From Blastocystis sp. subtype 4 (taxonomy: Eukaryota), in the NCBI RefSeq assembly GCF_000743755.1, contig NW_014569534.1, forward strand, positions 1-64,000: 64,000 nucleotides of DNA, in the 5' to 3' direction. This document shows, one piece after another, positions 12,926 through 24,411 of the stretch. Under the pieces are notes generated by a model that worked only from the letters and a program-made list of their open reading frames with translations, was not told the DNA's origin and ran no database searches. The translations under genes were made by a program, and so were the position numbers. The stretch's first letter is position 1; every line of letters starts with the position of its first letter.

Positions 12926-14003
12926 ATGAATTATCCTGTAATAGCATTGAAATGGAATAACAGGTAGTACAATGATTCCGACATTCCAATGGATCGTCAT
13001 CGGAGATTTAGTATCAGTGAGGTGATGGGTATCAGATCATTACAAGAATAAGCGATAGGAAAGATATACAAGGATATACCTCAGCAAACGTCTCAAGATC
13101 GCACAAAATCACTAGGTGAATATATAAAGTTCTCAAATGAAGGAAGACCAACGAGAGCCGAGCAATTGAGGAGAGTACATTTAAGTATGGTATTTGATGC
13201 TCTAGGACAGGAAGTTGATTGAAGCAAGTGGTGGGGACGTTGAGCCTGAAGCTGATCAGAGTCAATCAGCTCATGGTGAAGTCATTGGAAGTGTTGATGA
13301 TATGCCGGAGGCAAAACGAAAAAAGAAAGGTTTAGAGGTTTCATTTATCAATGGTCAGATTGTCTTGGATCGATCGACTCTTGTAGTCATTGTGGATTTG
13401 TACTATATAGAACCGTCAAGTAGATCGTTTTGACATGGATGATAGCGATGACGAGACTCTCCTCAGTGGACTTGTGGAGCAAACAGCAAAACGGCGAAAG
13501 CATAAGGTTGTTGTATGGTCTGTTGAAGAAACGAGACAGTTTTATGATGTTTGAAAACAGTTTACTAGTGATTTGTAGTGTCTACGTCGTTTTGGAACCG
13601 ATTTCTTTATGATGAATAAAGTTATAACTAATCGAACGCGGAGAGATGTGTTATTTGTGGGACTTGCTCATTGATAGCTGAAAAACAAATATAAAACAGA
13701 GGAGCGGAGAAACCCGAAGTTGGTGAGTCTAATTCTTGCTGTCCATCTAAAGGAGAAGATGAATGTTCCTGATGTCCCTGTAGCTTCTGATACTCCTACT
13801 CCTACTCCTATTCCCAGTAATTCAGACAAATTGGATCCTATGGAAATCCAACCTGTCCCCAATACTTCAGAAGTTCCTAGTCTAACTGAAAAGGATTCGA
13901 GGATAGAAGATGACAATAGCAAGGATGATGAAGAGGTGTTAGGTGCTTTAAGCGAAAGTGAGGATGAATTAAGTGAAGACGATCTTTTGATAGATATCTT
14001 ATA
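12926..14003 (+). CDS. BDP1: TFIIIB subunit Bdp1-like SANT/Myb protein (stop probably completed by poly(A); genomic TGA at 14037)
   Basis: INGQIVLDRSTLV and WSVEETRQFYDCLRRFGTDFFMM...RTRRDLKNKYKTEERRNP; start approximate. Confidence 0.75.
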
Positions 14004-14025
14004 TCCTTGTTTTATCAAACACAGA

Positions 14026-14581
14026 AGAGGAACATGAATAACAAGCAAATTCCTATGACTAGAAGAGCAAATGGGACCCAAGAAAGGAGGAAACCCTTGA
14101 ACGACAAATGATGGGATTTAGTTAACACGATTCCCACCAGCTTGTTCACATCAAAATGCACATTTGAATAACCAGGAACCGACATGTTATTCAGAGCGCA
14201 GGCGACAAACGAATGACAATTATTCGTCCTATCATGATAACCAAAACCGAAATCTCACCATATACTGTAGTATTCTTGCTTGTATTGACGAATCGCCTTA
14301 AAGACAGCCTCATCCCACTGGGCATCGTTCTCTCCTGGAGGAACAAGCTGAACGTACTTTGTAGGATATCCAAATAACATATGATTCTTACCAACATTGA
14401 ATGTTCCCTGGAAGTCGTAGACATTTCCCTGTGAATCAGCAATAGCGATGTGACCGAAAAAAGGTAAAAACCAAGTAAGAGGATGAATTGGTGACCATAG
14501 TATACACTTTCTACTGATAGTGTTAGCAATAAAGACCTACTTAAATCTACTTCTTTCTACACTCGAATATTCTTCACTCAT
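14026..14581 (-). CDS. TMEM222/RTE1-family membrane protein (stop probably completed by poly(A); genomic TGA at 14015)
   Basis: CILWSPIHPLTWFLPFFGHIAI...WDEAV...NNCHSFVACALNNM; reading frame missing from the ORF track. Confidence 0.85.
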
Positions 14582-14681
14582 GCGGACACTGGAAAACAAA
14601 GTAATAATTGAAGATGGTGATTATCAACAGAACCGAATCACTAGTCACTCAATCTTCAAACAAACACAAATAACAACTATT

Positions 14682-15999
14682 TCAATCCTTATTTCGCAAT
14701 ACACTCATCCATTCCTCACATTCTTCTGCTGTTTCGGCCTGGAATTGAATCTCACGGACATGACCCGAAAGTTTAAAGCATGTTTGTTTTTCCATTCCAT
14801 TATCGACAGGATTCACTTGGAACTCGTTGGTATCCAGAGCTTCATAACAACGCATATCCTATATTTCATAGGAGCTAAAACAACTACAGGTGTTTCAGAT
14901 AGTCGTAGAATACCTGCAGCTAATTCACACCATGGTCTCTGTGACTTTCCATCCTTATCTACATGATACGCGACTCCTAGAGTTACTTGTGGTTGTTAGA
15001 TATCCAGACATACGGACAATCTGATTATGTTCCTTTATAGGTAGAGATGGATCTGACACTGACTTTCCTGACTCATTCACTTCAAGAATGGATTCATTCA
15101 CATAATACAACTCACTATTTCCTTCAAATGGTTTGATTTCCTCTGTACCCTCATCTTCTTCGTTCTTCATAACAGGAACTAGGATATGGGTATCCACGAG
15201 ATTCTGTCCAATAACTTTTGCTTCCTCGCGACTTTTGCATTGCTTACGCGAGATTAAGAAATTGACAATCTCCATTCCACTGATGGAGTTCTGAAACACT
15301 TGACCATCAATCTCGTTATCCTTTATGTATCCGAGAGTTTGCAGTCGGAATATAATTTGCTACAATCATCAACAGCACCAAATCCTTGCACGTAAGTTTG
15401 TCGAGAAGAAATTTGGGAGGGCAGATCCACTGTCATCGTCATGAGAATGTGGGGATAGTTCACCCAGGTCATCTCCTTCCACGAACTATAATTCAATAGG
15501 AGTATGGATATCCACTGATGATGGAATAGGATCTGTCTGAATACTGTCGCTTGATGCAGATGATTTTAGTTTTGATAATGGGAGACTATCTTTCCTCCCT
15601 ACAGATCCAGGAATATCCTTGATAGCATCATCATAAAACAAGAATGTTCCATTTCCAGTTAATATTCTGCGTGTTTTCTTTGTAGTTTCTTTCACCCTTG
15701 CATCAAGGTCTTGAATATCTTCATCTGTTTCTAATTCATAAGGTATCAAGGCGAGAAGCTCACCACCAACAGCAAAAAGGGAATAGCAGCTCTTGTGCCA
15801 GAGCCTTGAATGCTCTTTGGTTGAAGATCCAGACTTAACGAGTAGTCCACATCCTGGACAGTATGTTGAGTGCATTGTCTGTTTCGTGACTTCGATTTCG
15901 TGGGATTACCTTTTCACATTTGGAACAAATAACGGCAGAGTATGTTGTTCTGATGATTGTGTCACAAAAGGAGCACTTCACGTCGTGTTTGTCCTGCAT
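14682..15999 (-). CDS. LIM-like zinc finger + DEP + PH domain protein
   Basis: CPGC...WHKSC; FQNSISGMEIVNFL...SREEAKVIGQNLVDTHIL...PFEGNSELYY (DEP); REIQFQAETAEECEEWMSVL (PH C-terminal helix). Confidence 0.7.
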
Positions 16000-16352
16000 G
16001 TCAAACAGATAATGAATGAACGTGAAATGAAGAAGAAACAATCAAATAAAAACAACATCCACCTTGGATCGTTTCAGGGTTCTGATTTACAAGTTCTTGA
16101 GTCCAAGGTTTACAGTGGCACCTCTCTTCTTCTGGTACCTATATTCCAAAACAAACTAATGAATTACTCCTTGAAGAGCGCTATCAACATGATGACCACA
16201 GCCTGACCAAGTTGGCTTATTACACTTCGGACAGTTCGTTTTATGACACATCTTCCGGTTATTCACAAGTCTGAATGAAAAGAAGTGAATTGTTTGTTCA
16301 AACAAATGTACTACTACATGAGTAGACTGACAGTAGTCTGAGGATCAGAGGA

Positions 16353-17988
16353 TCATGGACCAGCGATAATATACAGTGGTTGATTACCATATACAGTACT
16401 AGCTGTCGGATACCCAACGCTTGTAGTAAACGCTTGTTCACCACCATTCGGGATAGTTTGTAAAGGCTTCTGGACTCTTTGAGGAGTTTGAGTTACAGTT
16501 GGTAGAGAACCGGATTGCATCAAGAAGTACTGAGGACAATCCATCGGCTGTTGAAGAAACTGAGTTTGTTGTGGACTAGGTTGTGGAATGACGACTTGAT
16601 TAGAAGGATGGGATAACGCTGGCTGAAAAGATTGCGGTATCATCTGAGCTGGTGGAGGAGCCGGTCTGGGAGCTGGTACTTGTTGTGTAGATTGAGGGGT
16701 CTTTGGGTGAAGAGCGGTCATTGGGTGTGATCTAGGAATGACTACTGGTTGTGGAGGTGGCGAAACTACTGGTGGTTGTACAGGTTGAGGAGCAGCCATC
16801 GGGTGTAGAATTGTCATTGGTGATCCTTGCTGTTGTACTGGTATGATTTGGACGGTCTGTTGAATAGGTTGCTGTAGTTGTGCTAACATAGGCTGAGAAG
16901 GTGGTTGAGTAAGAAATTGAGTCAAGAAGGGTTGTTGTGTAGGTTGATACAAGGGTGGTGCCTTGGGCACAGAATGATATGGCACTGATGAATACAACAT
17001 AGGTTGCATCACAGCTTGAGGCCCTGGCTGCGGCTCTTCTTGAACTTGTTGAGTTACTGCTTGTTTTATAGGCCATTTAGTAGGCTTCTTGACAGGCTCC
17101 TTCGCTGATTCCTTCGGAGCATTCTTTACAGGAGCTTTCTCAGACTTCTTTACGGCACCCCGCACTGTTTGTTGGGTTGACGCAGCCGAGCGATTTGGTG
17201 AACTTGATCTCGATAGAGTTCTTTCACTACGCTTTGACTGAGACTCGTCATTCAATTTCTGAACGACAGGATGCAAACTTCTCGGCTTCCAAAGACGTGA
17301 CGACTGGGATTCTTTCGTCGGATTGTTGGCAGAGCATGGAACTAAAGCGACACGTGGATCAGATGCACTCTTTTTCCCAGGTCTCAGCTGAAGACTTGGT
17401 GTGCTATCATCTGTATTTTGAATAGCTCCATTACTCGAAATCTCCACGACAAAACCACAATTCTTATCTACTTGCTACGATTAGCCCATATCAACACTCC
17501 TACCTCCGAAAGCTCTGGTTCTGGTTCTATCTCATTCACTTGTTGATCAGGCTGGTCTTCAATCAATGGATAATGCTCAGGGGCCGGTACTCCTCGATCT
17601 GTAACCAACATCACCAACGTTTTGAGAAGAATTTCAACTGTCTTCTTTTCTGGCCACTGGGAAATGTACTGCTTACTTGACTACAGATTGATTACTCATG
17701 ATAGGAATACTTCAATGTATGCATAGTTAAGATATACAGCAGTTAGAGAAGTATCTACCGAACTCACAATACCGCAGTAAATAGAGCCATCGGCAGTCTA
17801 TGTTGGAAGAATCAGGAACCATTACATAACAGCGAACAAAAGACCCGATTAATTGGCATAGTGAGGCTTCCCAATTTAGCCAGTTACCTAGAATTCATAA
17901 TTCCAATCATAACGAGACCCTTCCTAGCATCCATCTCTAACCTACGAATAAGTACATTATCAAAGGATTACGGATGTTCATCACTCAT
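16353..17988 (-). CDS. Sm/Lsm-domain protein with long Q/P-rich tail (ataxin-2/Lsm14-like architecture)
   Basis: Spliced LIGSFVRCYTADGSIYCGIVSSVD (Sm fold) followed by 364-aa low-complexity ORF. Confidence 0.6.
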
Positions 17989-18420
17989 AGTGAATGTTCA
18001 AAACCACAACAGATCCTCTGAAATACGATTATAATGAAATCACGGGACTTTCTCTTGAATGCCTCATTATATTTCATGTAAACAATGAAATCATCATCCA
18101 ATTCTGACTCATCTACCTTTTTGCTGGTCCAACCTATGATATTCCAATTTCAACAACTTCTGTGCAGGTCTCAGTTCCATTTCTGAAATACTACTGTAGT
18201 ATCATTCTTATTAATGAGTTTAGAGAAAAAAATCACACTAAAAAAGCAGACCTCCTATTGATGATCAATCATGACGAATTGATTTATCACTGGATCTTGT
18301 AAGAATATCCACTCAGGAAGTTTGAATGGTAAGAACTCCAGAAACATACAATCTGCTATTCTCACCATTCCCCGCGGGATTATATATACAATAGCAAAGC
18401 CCTATAGGGAATTGTGGACA

Positions 18421-18785
18421 ATGTCGGTCGTTCCAAAGGCTACTAGGTATCTAGCTACTGTCGTTTCTGCAAAAATGCAGAAATCGTGTGTTGTGGTTGT
18501 AGAGAAGATGTGAGACCAAGAGTATGTATTTGATATTGTAGGAAATGGAACTCCCATATTAAGAAGAATCTTCCTCAGAGAACTCGTATGATCGTTCATG
18601 ATGAGAATAATGCGGCTGTAATTGGTGACAAAGTATTAATTGAGGCTGCTGGAAGAAGGCTGAGTAAAAAGAAGACATTTGTTATTAAGGACATCGTCAA
18701 AAAGTCATCTTTTGAAAAGGAGTTCTACGATCATCTAAATAGTCCAAATGCAGTGAAGGCTGTACAAAACGTCCTAGAGAAGTGA
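18421..18785 (+). CDS. Mitochondrial ribosomal protein uS17
   Basis: VVSAKMQKSCVVVV...HDENNAAVIGDKVLIEA.RRLSKKKTF (bacterial-type S17); one 32-nt intron 18510-18541. Confidence 0.85.
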
Positions 18786-18878
18786 GGGTCTTCTTGTCTT
18801 TTATTGTCTTTGTTGTCAGTCAGGAATTGTATATATATCCATAGTGTAGACTAAGTCACAATCTCTACTAATTCTAGG

Positions 18879-19926
18879 ATGTTAGCTCGTCACACATCAA
18901 AACTTCTTCGCTCGTCTTCTCTTTTGAGGTTCCTTGTATGTATTCAATATTTCTATTACGATAGAGTGTTCCCGGTGATCCAGTGACATCTTATGTTCGA
19001 TTTAAGGGTCCTGATGGAAAAATTCGATACGGTCAACCAGAGCAAGGTGCTTGTCCGAAAGTAGTGACTTCCTGTTTTCTTGAGTATTTAGACAGAAGTA
19101 CGCGTGATTGAAGGTGACATCTTTGGAGATTGCAAGCTTTCTGATCGAATGGATGTTGCTTTACAGATTTTGCCTCCAATTGATCCAGTAGCTGTGTATG
19201 CCATTGGTTTGAACTACAAAAAGCATGCAGCAGTAGTATCTGATATGAGTATTGATTTATAGGAAGCGAAATTGCCAATTCCAGCCTTCCCTGCTGTGTT
19301 TATGAAGGCTACTTCGTCAATTACAGGGCCCTTTGACGATATTGTTGTTCCGAAATGTGCTTCACAGAAGCCAGAAGTTGATTACGAAGGGGAACTAGTA
19401 ATTGTGATAGGGAAGGACTGCAAGGATGTATCGAAAGAGGATGCTTTGGACTATGTCCATGGCTATTGTATTGGGAATGATGTATCTGCTCGTCGTTGGC
19501 AAGTATTTCTTTGTTCATAAATTTTACATAGGGTAACAAAAAGAGCAGTGGTCAGTGGACACGAGCCAAATCCTTTGATACGTTTAGTCCAATTGGTCCT
19601 CAGATCGTGTTACAGTCACAACTCAGTAGGTTTTTTCTTTTTTAATAAGAAATAGACTCGGTTGTTGACAAGTTACAATTATCAACAAGGTTGAATGATA
19701 AGATCATGCAGAATTCCAATACCTCTGATATGATTTGGAACGTCGCTGATATTGTTTCCTTTTTATCAGAAGGAACAACTTTGAAGAAAGGAACAATTAT
19801 TTTTACTGGTACGCCTGAAGGTGTTGGTTTTGTACGAAAGCCATATGTGTATCTGAAGGAGGGAGATATTGTTCGTGTGGCCATTGAGGGGCTAGGATTT
19901 ATAGAGAACAAAGTGAGATTTGAATA
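18879..19926 (+). CDS. Fumarylacetoacetate-hydrolase family protein (FAHD-like), presequence-like N-terminus; stop completed by poly(A)
   Basis: IGLNYKKH, DYEGELVIVIGK, GNDVSARRWQ, KSFDTFSPIGP, FTGTPEGVG; ends IENKVRFE + TA, 5 nt before TGTTTGTT. Confidence 0.9.
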
Positions 19927-19930
19927 TGAG

Positions 19931-19938
19931 TGTTTGTT
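19931..19938 (+). terminator. TGTTTGTT polyadenylation-site motif (FAH gene)
   Basis: Exact motif; base 5 nt upstream completes in-frame TA. Confidence 0.85.
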
Positions 19939-19948
19939 GCAAATACAA

Positions 19949-21376
19949 TCAAGGGATTAGTTTACAGTAAGTGCGTGGAATGATTCCATATTCTCCAATG
20001 GAGTTCCTAGCAAAATACCAATCCTCTGGTGACTTTGACAGATAGATTAGCAATTGTTCTCCCTTCTTTGATGTTATACACTTCTCTGATGGATATTTGA
20101 AGTCATATAATACCACAGCTATGGTTACTTCCGGTTGTAGCTGTGATGTTTGTTGAATAGGTTGCCGCATCTGTTGTTGTGAAAATGGTTGTTGAACTGG
20201 TTGTTGAACTGGTTGTTGAACTTGTTGTTGAACTGGTTGTTGAACTGGTTGCTGCATGTGCTGTGGTTGTGAAAATGGTTGAGCTTGTTGCTGAACTGTT
20301 TGCTGTTTCGACTTTTGAACTTGCTCCCAACCATTCGACAATGCGACTTGCTGCTGAACAGTTGGCTTAGTATAGGATGGCTGCTGCTCTGTAGATTCAG
20401 AAATACCCGACTGTCTTGGAGTATTCGTAGGACTATCTTGTTCAAACGAATCTGCAGATCCTCTTCGTGTCAATAATATAGGTTCCAGTGACTTTCGATC
20501 CGATACAGTTGGTTCATACTCTGGCATAGGTGTCATCATGGACAACCGAGATGACCCTCTATTGTTAGAAGGATTTGATAAGGGAAATGCTTTCGATGGG
20601 GGACCAGGAAGAGGCTTGGAAGGTGTCTGAGTAGTTTTGGGTGGCTGTAAATGATGAACTCCCACCCCAGGTCGAGATGGTCGCGCAAATTTCTCTCCAT
20701 AATCCATACTAACAGGAGTAGAAGTAAATGGCTTGGGAGAAGGAGTATAGGATACGGGATTGGGAAACTGCTTTATAGGAGTTTCCTTTTCAGGAGACTT
20801 GACTTCACGTTGCGGGACAGTATTGTCTGTAATAACATAATCATCGGTACGCTGACGCATCTGCTTTAGCACAGAAAACAATTCCGATCCTGCACCACCC
20901 TAGAATCTTACTAACAGAGAAATAATACAGTGTCCACTCTTCTTTGCTGTTGAGGCTGTGAAGATGTATGTTTGAGCTGAGGATTCCTAATCCGTGCCAT
21001 CAAATCTTGGTGAACATCCGAATTCTTCGAGTAATATATTCTCACAATACATACATATGGATTCACATATGCATTATCCCTTTCTGCTGTTGATGCTTCC
21101 ACTATACTTCAAATTGGATTTCTATACATACAATTATCTTCATCAATTCTGGTAAGCAAACGGGCAGGGATATATCCTTCCTGCAAATAAGTAACTAATC
21201 TAACGTATACTTCATTCCGAAAGCGGCAAAACATCCAGTCATTGCTAGAGTGCAGTACTGTAACAACTTCACCTGCATTTACTGACAATCCTCGCTCGCT
21301 GGTCCGTTGAACATTATATCTTACCTATCAATTAACTAGTGAATAAGAAATAGACTCTTGCTAAATATGGTTGCAT
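19949..21376 (-). CDS. Adaptor protein with N- and C-terminal SH3 domains and P/Q-rich linker
   Basis: C-terminal AVVLYDF...DWYFARNSIGEYGIIPRTY; N-terminal LSVNAGEVVTVLHSSNDWMF...EGYIPARL. Confidence 0.8.
20186..20251 (-). repeat. About five 12-nt coding repeats (QQPV)
   Basis: tggttgttgaac units on + strand, in frame with the SH3 protein. Confidence 0.85.
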
Positions 21377-21418
21377 ATAGATACTTAACGGACAAAGATT
21401 AGTTTACAATTTGTGTAC

Positions 21419-21426
21419 AACAAACA
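21419..21426 (-). terminator. TGTTTGTT polyadenylation-site motif (tetraspanin)
   Basis: Exact motif; base 5 nt upstream is an in-frame T. Confidence 0.85.
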
Positions 21427-21430
21427 GAAA

Positions 21431-22090
21431 ACTTACGACAACTGTCCTTAAATGTATAAGTTGCAGAACAAGCAAGGATCAAAGCAACAACAGTCAAAAC
21501 TGCAAGAGCGATGGCCGTGAACATAATGTAATCTCCTAGTACAGCATATAACTGGGTACGGCAATCAATAGGAGCCTCATTTACACAATTAGCTCCTGTT
21601 TTGGCATTATCCTTGAAACCACAGCAGCCAAGTGTATCCTGATACTTTTTCCAGGTATCCTGATTTTCCTCCGCGTTGACATACTTAATCATGCCTTCAT
21701 CAATAAGTTCGAAGAGCTTTTGATTGGTCGAGGGACTCTACAATTTCATTAGGTCAATTAAATAGATACCTTCTTAGAAAGACCAAAGAGGATAAATGCA
21801 ACAATGGTAACAATAACACATACTACGGTAACAATATCCATAGCAACTACATAGAGGAAAAGAAGACAACCTCCACAAGATACAAAATATCCAACAATAG
21901 CCACAATTCCGAGACAGAAGGCTACAACGATAAAGACATTATAGTAACCACTCAAAGTCTCAAGAATAGGCGGAACGTTACTTCCCTTTTGAATATACCA
22001 ACATGCTCCACCAACAAAACAAGCAATAATCAGAAGAATAGTATTCATAATATTGAAGCATGTCTTGCTTCCTGAATGATCGCTACCCAT
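21431..22090 (-). CDS. Tetraspanin-like protein; stop completed by poly(A)
   Basis: Four hydrophobic segments, CCG motif (LGCCGFKD) in the large loop, one short intron. Confidence 0.8.
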
Positions 22091-22513
22091 TTTGATAATA
22101 ATACTTTGAAGAAATGTAACGAATCCAGTTTGCAGTATGCAGTATTCCTATCAGATTCTGCCGTGTTATCAGTAAAAACGTATCTCTCAACAAGACGAAG
22201 TTTTGGAAAAGAATGATTCAAAGAGCTTTTCTTTCTGTGACATTTGTAGCATAGATATCACATTTGTTAGTTAGAGACTGAGAATTGACAGTTCACTCTT
22301 TCTTATGTCTACACAATTGGTCTTGAAGAATATGTTTGTTGCATTCGAATGGAAGTGTTCAAGAAATGATACCTTATGATCACAGGATTCTCTCATTCGT
22401 TTCAAGATATATGCCAATAACGGGAATGAATCTCCTGTTAAATATCGACTTCCTCTTCGGGATATTAGTTTCTGACTGTTAATATTTGACTCAGAAAACA
22501 CAAAAAAGAGCAA

Positions 22514-24013
22514 CTACAATTTTTCCTTCTGTTCTCCTCTAAGCTCAATCAACGTTGACATCAATTCTGCTTCTTGCTTATCACCAACATGCTTTCGACG
22601 ATTCTCACTTGTTCCAACTTCAGGATCCGCTGTTAGAGTTTCCACCATTTCAATTTCAGATGTCAGTCCCTGCTTCTTCAACTTATCTGCATCCTCCGAA
22701 CTCTCCAAAATGGCCTTCTCCAATTCAATCACAGGTCCATAAATAATCTTCTTATTACTTGCAGCCCAATCAACCTCCTCCTTCTTATTGAAAATGAAAG
22801 ACAAAATAGCTGCAATAATATGTTCACAACTGAAACGGAATTGAATTCCTTCCCAGAATTTGATGATATAAAGATCCACAACAAAGTTAACAATCATGAA
22901 GATTCCTACTGCCCAGAATGACCACAGAGATTCTAACGTGTTACTATCATATGGCTCCCCAACAAAGATTGCAAACACCTTTCGGAGCTGATTGCTGACC
23001 CACTTTTCAAAGATAAAGCAGGACAAGGATACAACAGAGATTCTTCGAAGGAAGGTAACTTGCTTATTGAAATTGTAACGGGAGAGGAGACTACGCTGTT
23101 CACAGTCGGATAAGTACACAGCGATGACAATCACAATCACCTCCACACACAATTCAAGAAAGCGAACAAAACATGGTTTTCTCTCGGCCATTACAGCACT
23201 GAAGGGATCCTCTTGTGTGAAGAGGAAGAACAAGGCTGTAACTACTGCAACACCTCCGATGCTTCCGGCATAAATCCAAAGATATTTCCACTGCTTAGTG
23301 TTCATCATGATGATGCCAATACAACCGCCAACCAGACCAAAAGGGACACACTGAGCGAGCATAAAAGGCCCAGATCCCACTTTCGATAATATCATAGCAA
23401 TGAAGTTAAAACGATATTTGGAAAACCAAGCTGAACCTAGCATAGCCCAGTCTGCAATATTCAGATAAAAAAGGAGGAGAAGAACAGCAAGCACAGAAAT
23501 AATGGTGACTTGTACACCCCATTTCTTCGCAAAAGGCAATTTCCGTACATAGTATACAATGAGGGGAACAAGAAAACCACAAGCTCCAATGGAGTCTAGT
23601 GTACCTCCTTTTCCATCGATAATGGTCTGAGGAAATGAAATCATCATTTTGTCAAATATTCCATATTCAGACCACCAGGTAATGAGAACAAGTTCAACAC
23701 CTTTCAGTACAATTCCAAACATGAAGCGGTAGAGAAAGTAAGCCATGGCTGCTTTCTTTCCCTTCTTTTCAATTCTCATAATTGATATCGTGCACGTAAT
23801 TGAAGTAATAAACGTGAAAAATAGGCCCATCATGCATACAAGTGCAAAAGGAGATACAATAACGATTACCCATTTAGGAATCCTCTGGAGGTAGTGCATT
23901 TCAACGTCGTGGTTCCAATCACAAATTCCAGCCTCGAATGTGTGGGCAAGCAACATCCCTAAAATTGCCAACCCCTTTCCATAGTCAAAGCCATAGATGC
24001 GCTGATTAGCCAT
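22514..24013 (-). CDS. Intronless multi-pass membrane protein, acyltransferase-3/DUF1624(HGSNAT)-like N-terminus
   Basis: RIYGFDYGKGLAILGMLLAH matches the R-x-x-x-D-x-x-(R/K)G-x-A-I-x-x-M-x-x-x-H pattern; about 10 hydrophobic segments. Confidence 0.6.
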   Translation of the reverse strand: MANQRIYGFDYGKGLAILGMLLAHTFEAGICDWNHDVEMHYLQRIPKWVIVIVSPFALVCMMGLFFTFITSITCTISIMRIEKKGKKAAMAYFLYRFMFGIVLKGVELVLITWWSEYGIFDKMMISFPQTIIDGKGGTLDSIGACGFLVPLIVYYVRKLPFAKKWGVQVTIISVLAVLLLLFYLNIADWAMLGSAWFSKYRFNFIAMILSKVGSGPFMLAQCVPFGLVGGCIGIIMMNTKQWKYLWIYAGSIGGVAVVTALFFLFTQEDPFSAVMAERKPCFVRFLELCVEVIVIVIAVYLSDCEQRSLLSRYNFNKQVTFLRRISVVSLSCFIFEKWVSNQLRKVFAIFVGEPYDSNTLESLWSFWAVGIFMIVNFVVDLYIIKFWEGIQFRFSCEHIIAAILSFIFNKKEEVDWAASNKKIIYGPVIELEKAILESSEDADKLKKQGLTSEIEMVETLTADPEVGTSENRRKHVGDKQEAELMSTLIELRGEQKEKL

Positions 24014-24411
24014 TCGAAGCAATTTCAATAAAGTATTCTATACTTCGACTTCAAAATGAAATCTTCACGAGCCAGTTTGGCATTTAGTACAAGATGATTG
24101 TGAATTGGAACGATCTCAAACTTACATGGTTTTAATAATATCCTAATCTATTTGGTTTTCCGAACACTATTGTCACCAGAATAACAAACCAGTGAAACCA
24201 TGATTCTGGCAGTTGTAATAGACGAAATATTAAAACAGATACTGAACTTCATCGTTTTGAACTCATGGTATGTCCCATCATGTTTCCAACAGTAAAATAG
24301 ATCTGTTTACGTCTTCTAGCAGACTAGTTTAGTACATATTGTCTTCTTCCTTTCTTAGGAATCACATCCCACGGGAATTAACAGTTGCCAAAAACGATAA
24401 ACAACCTAAAG

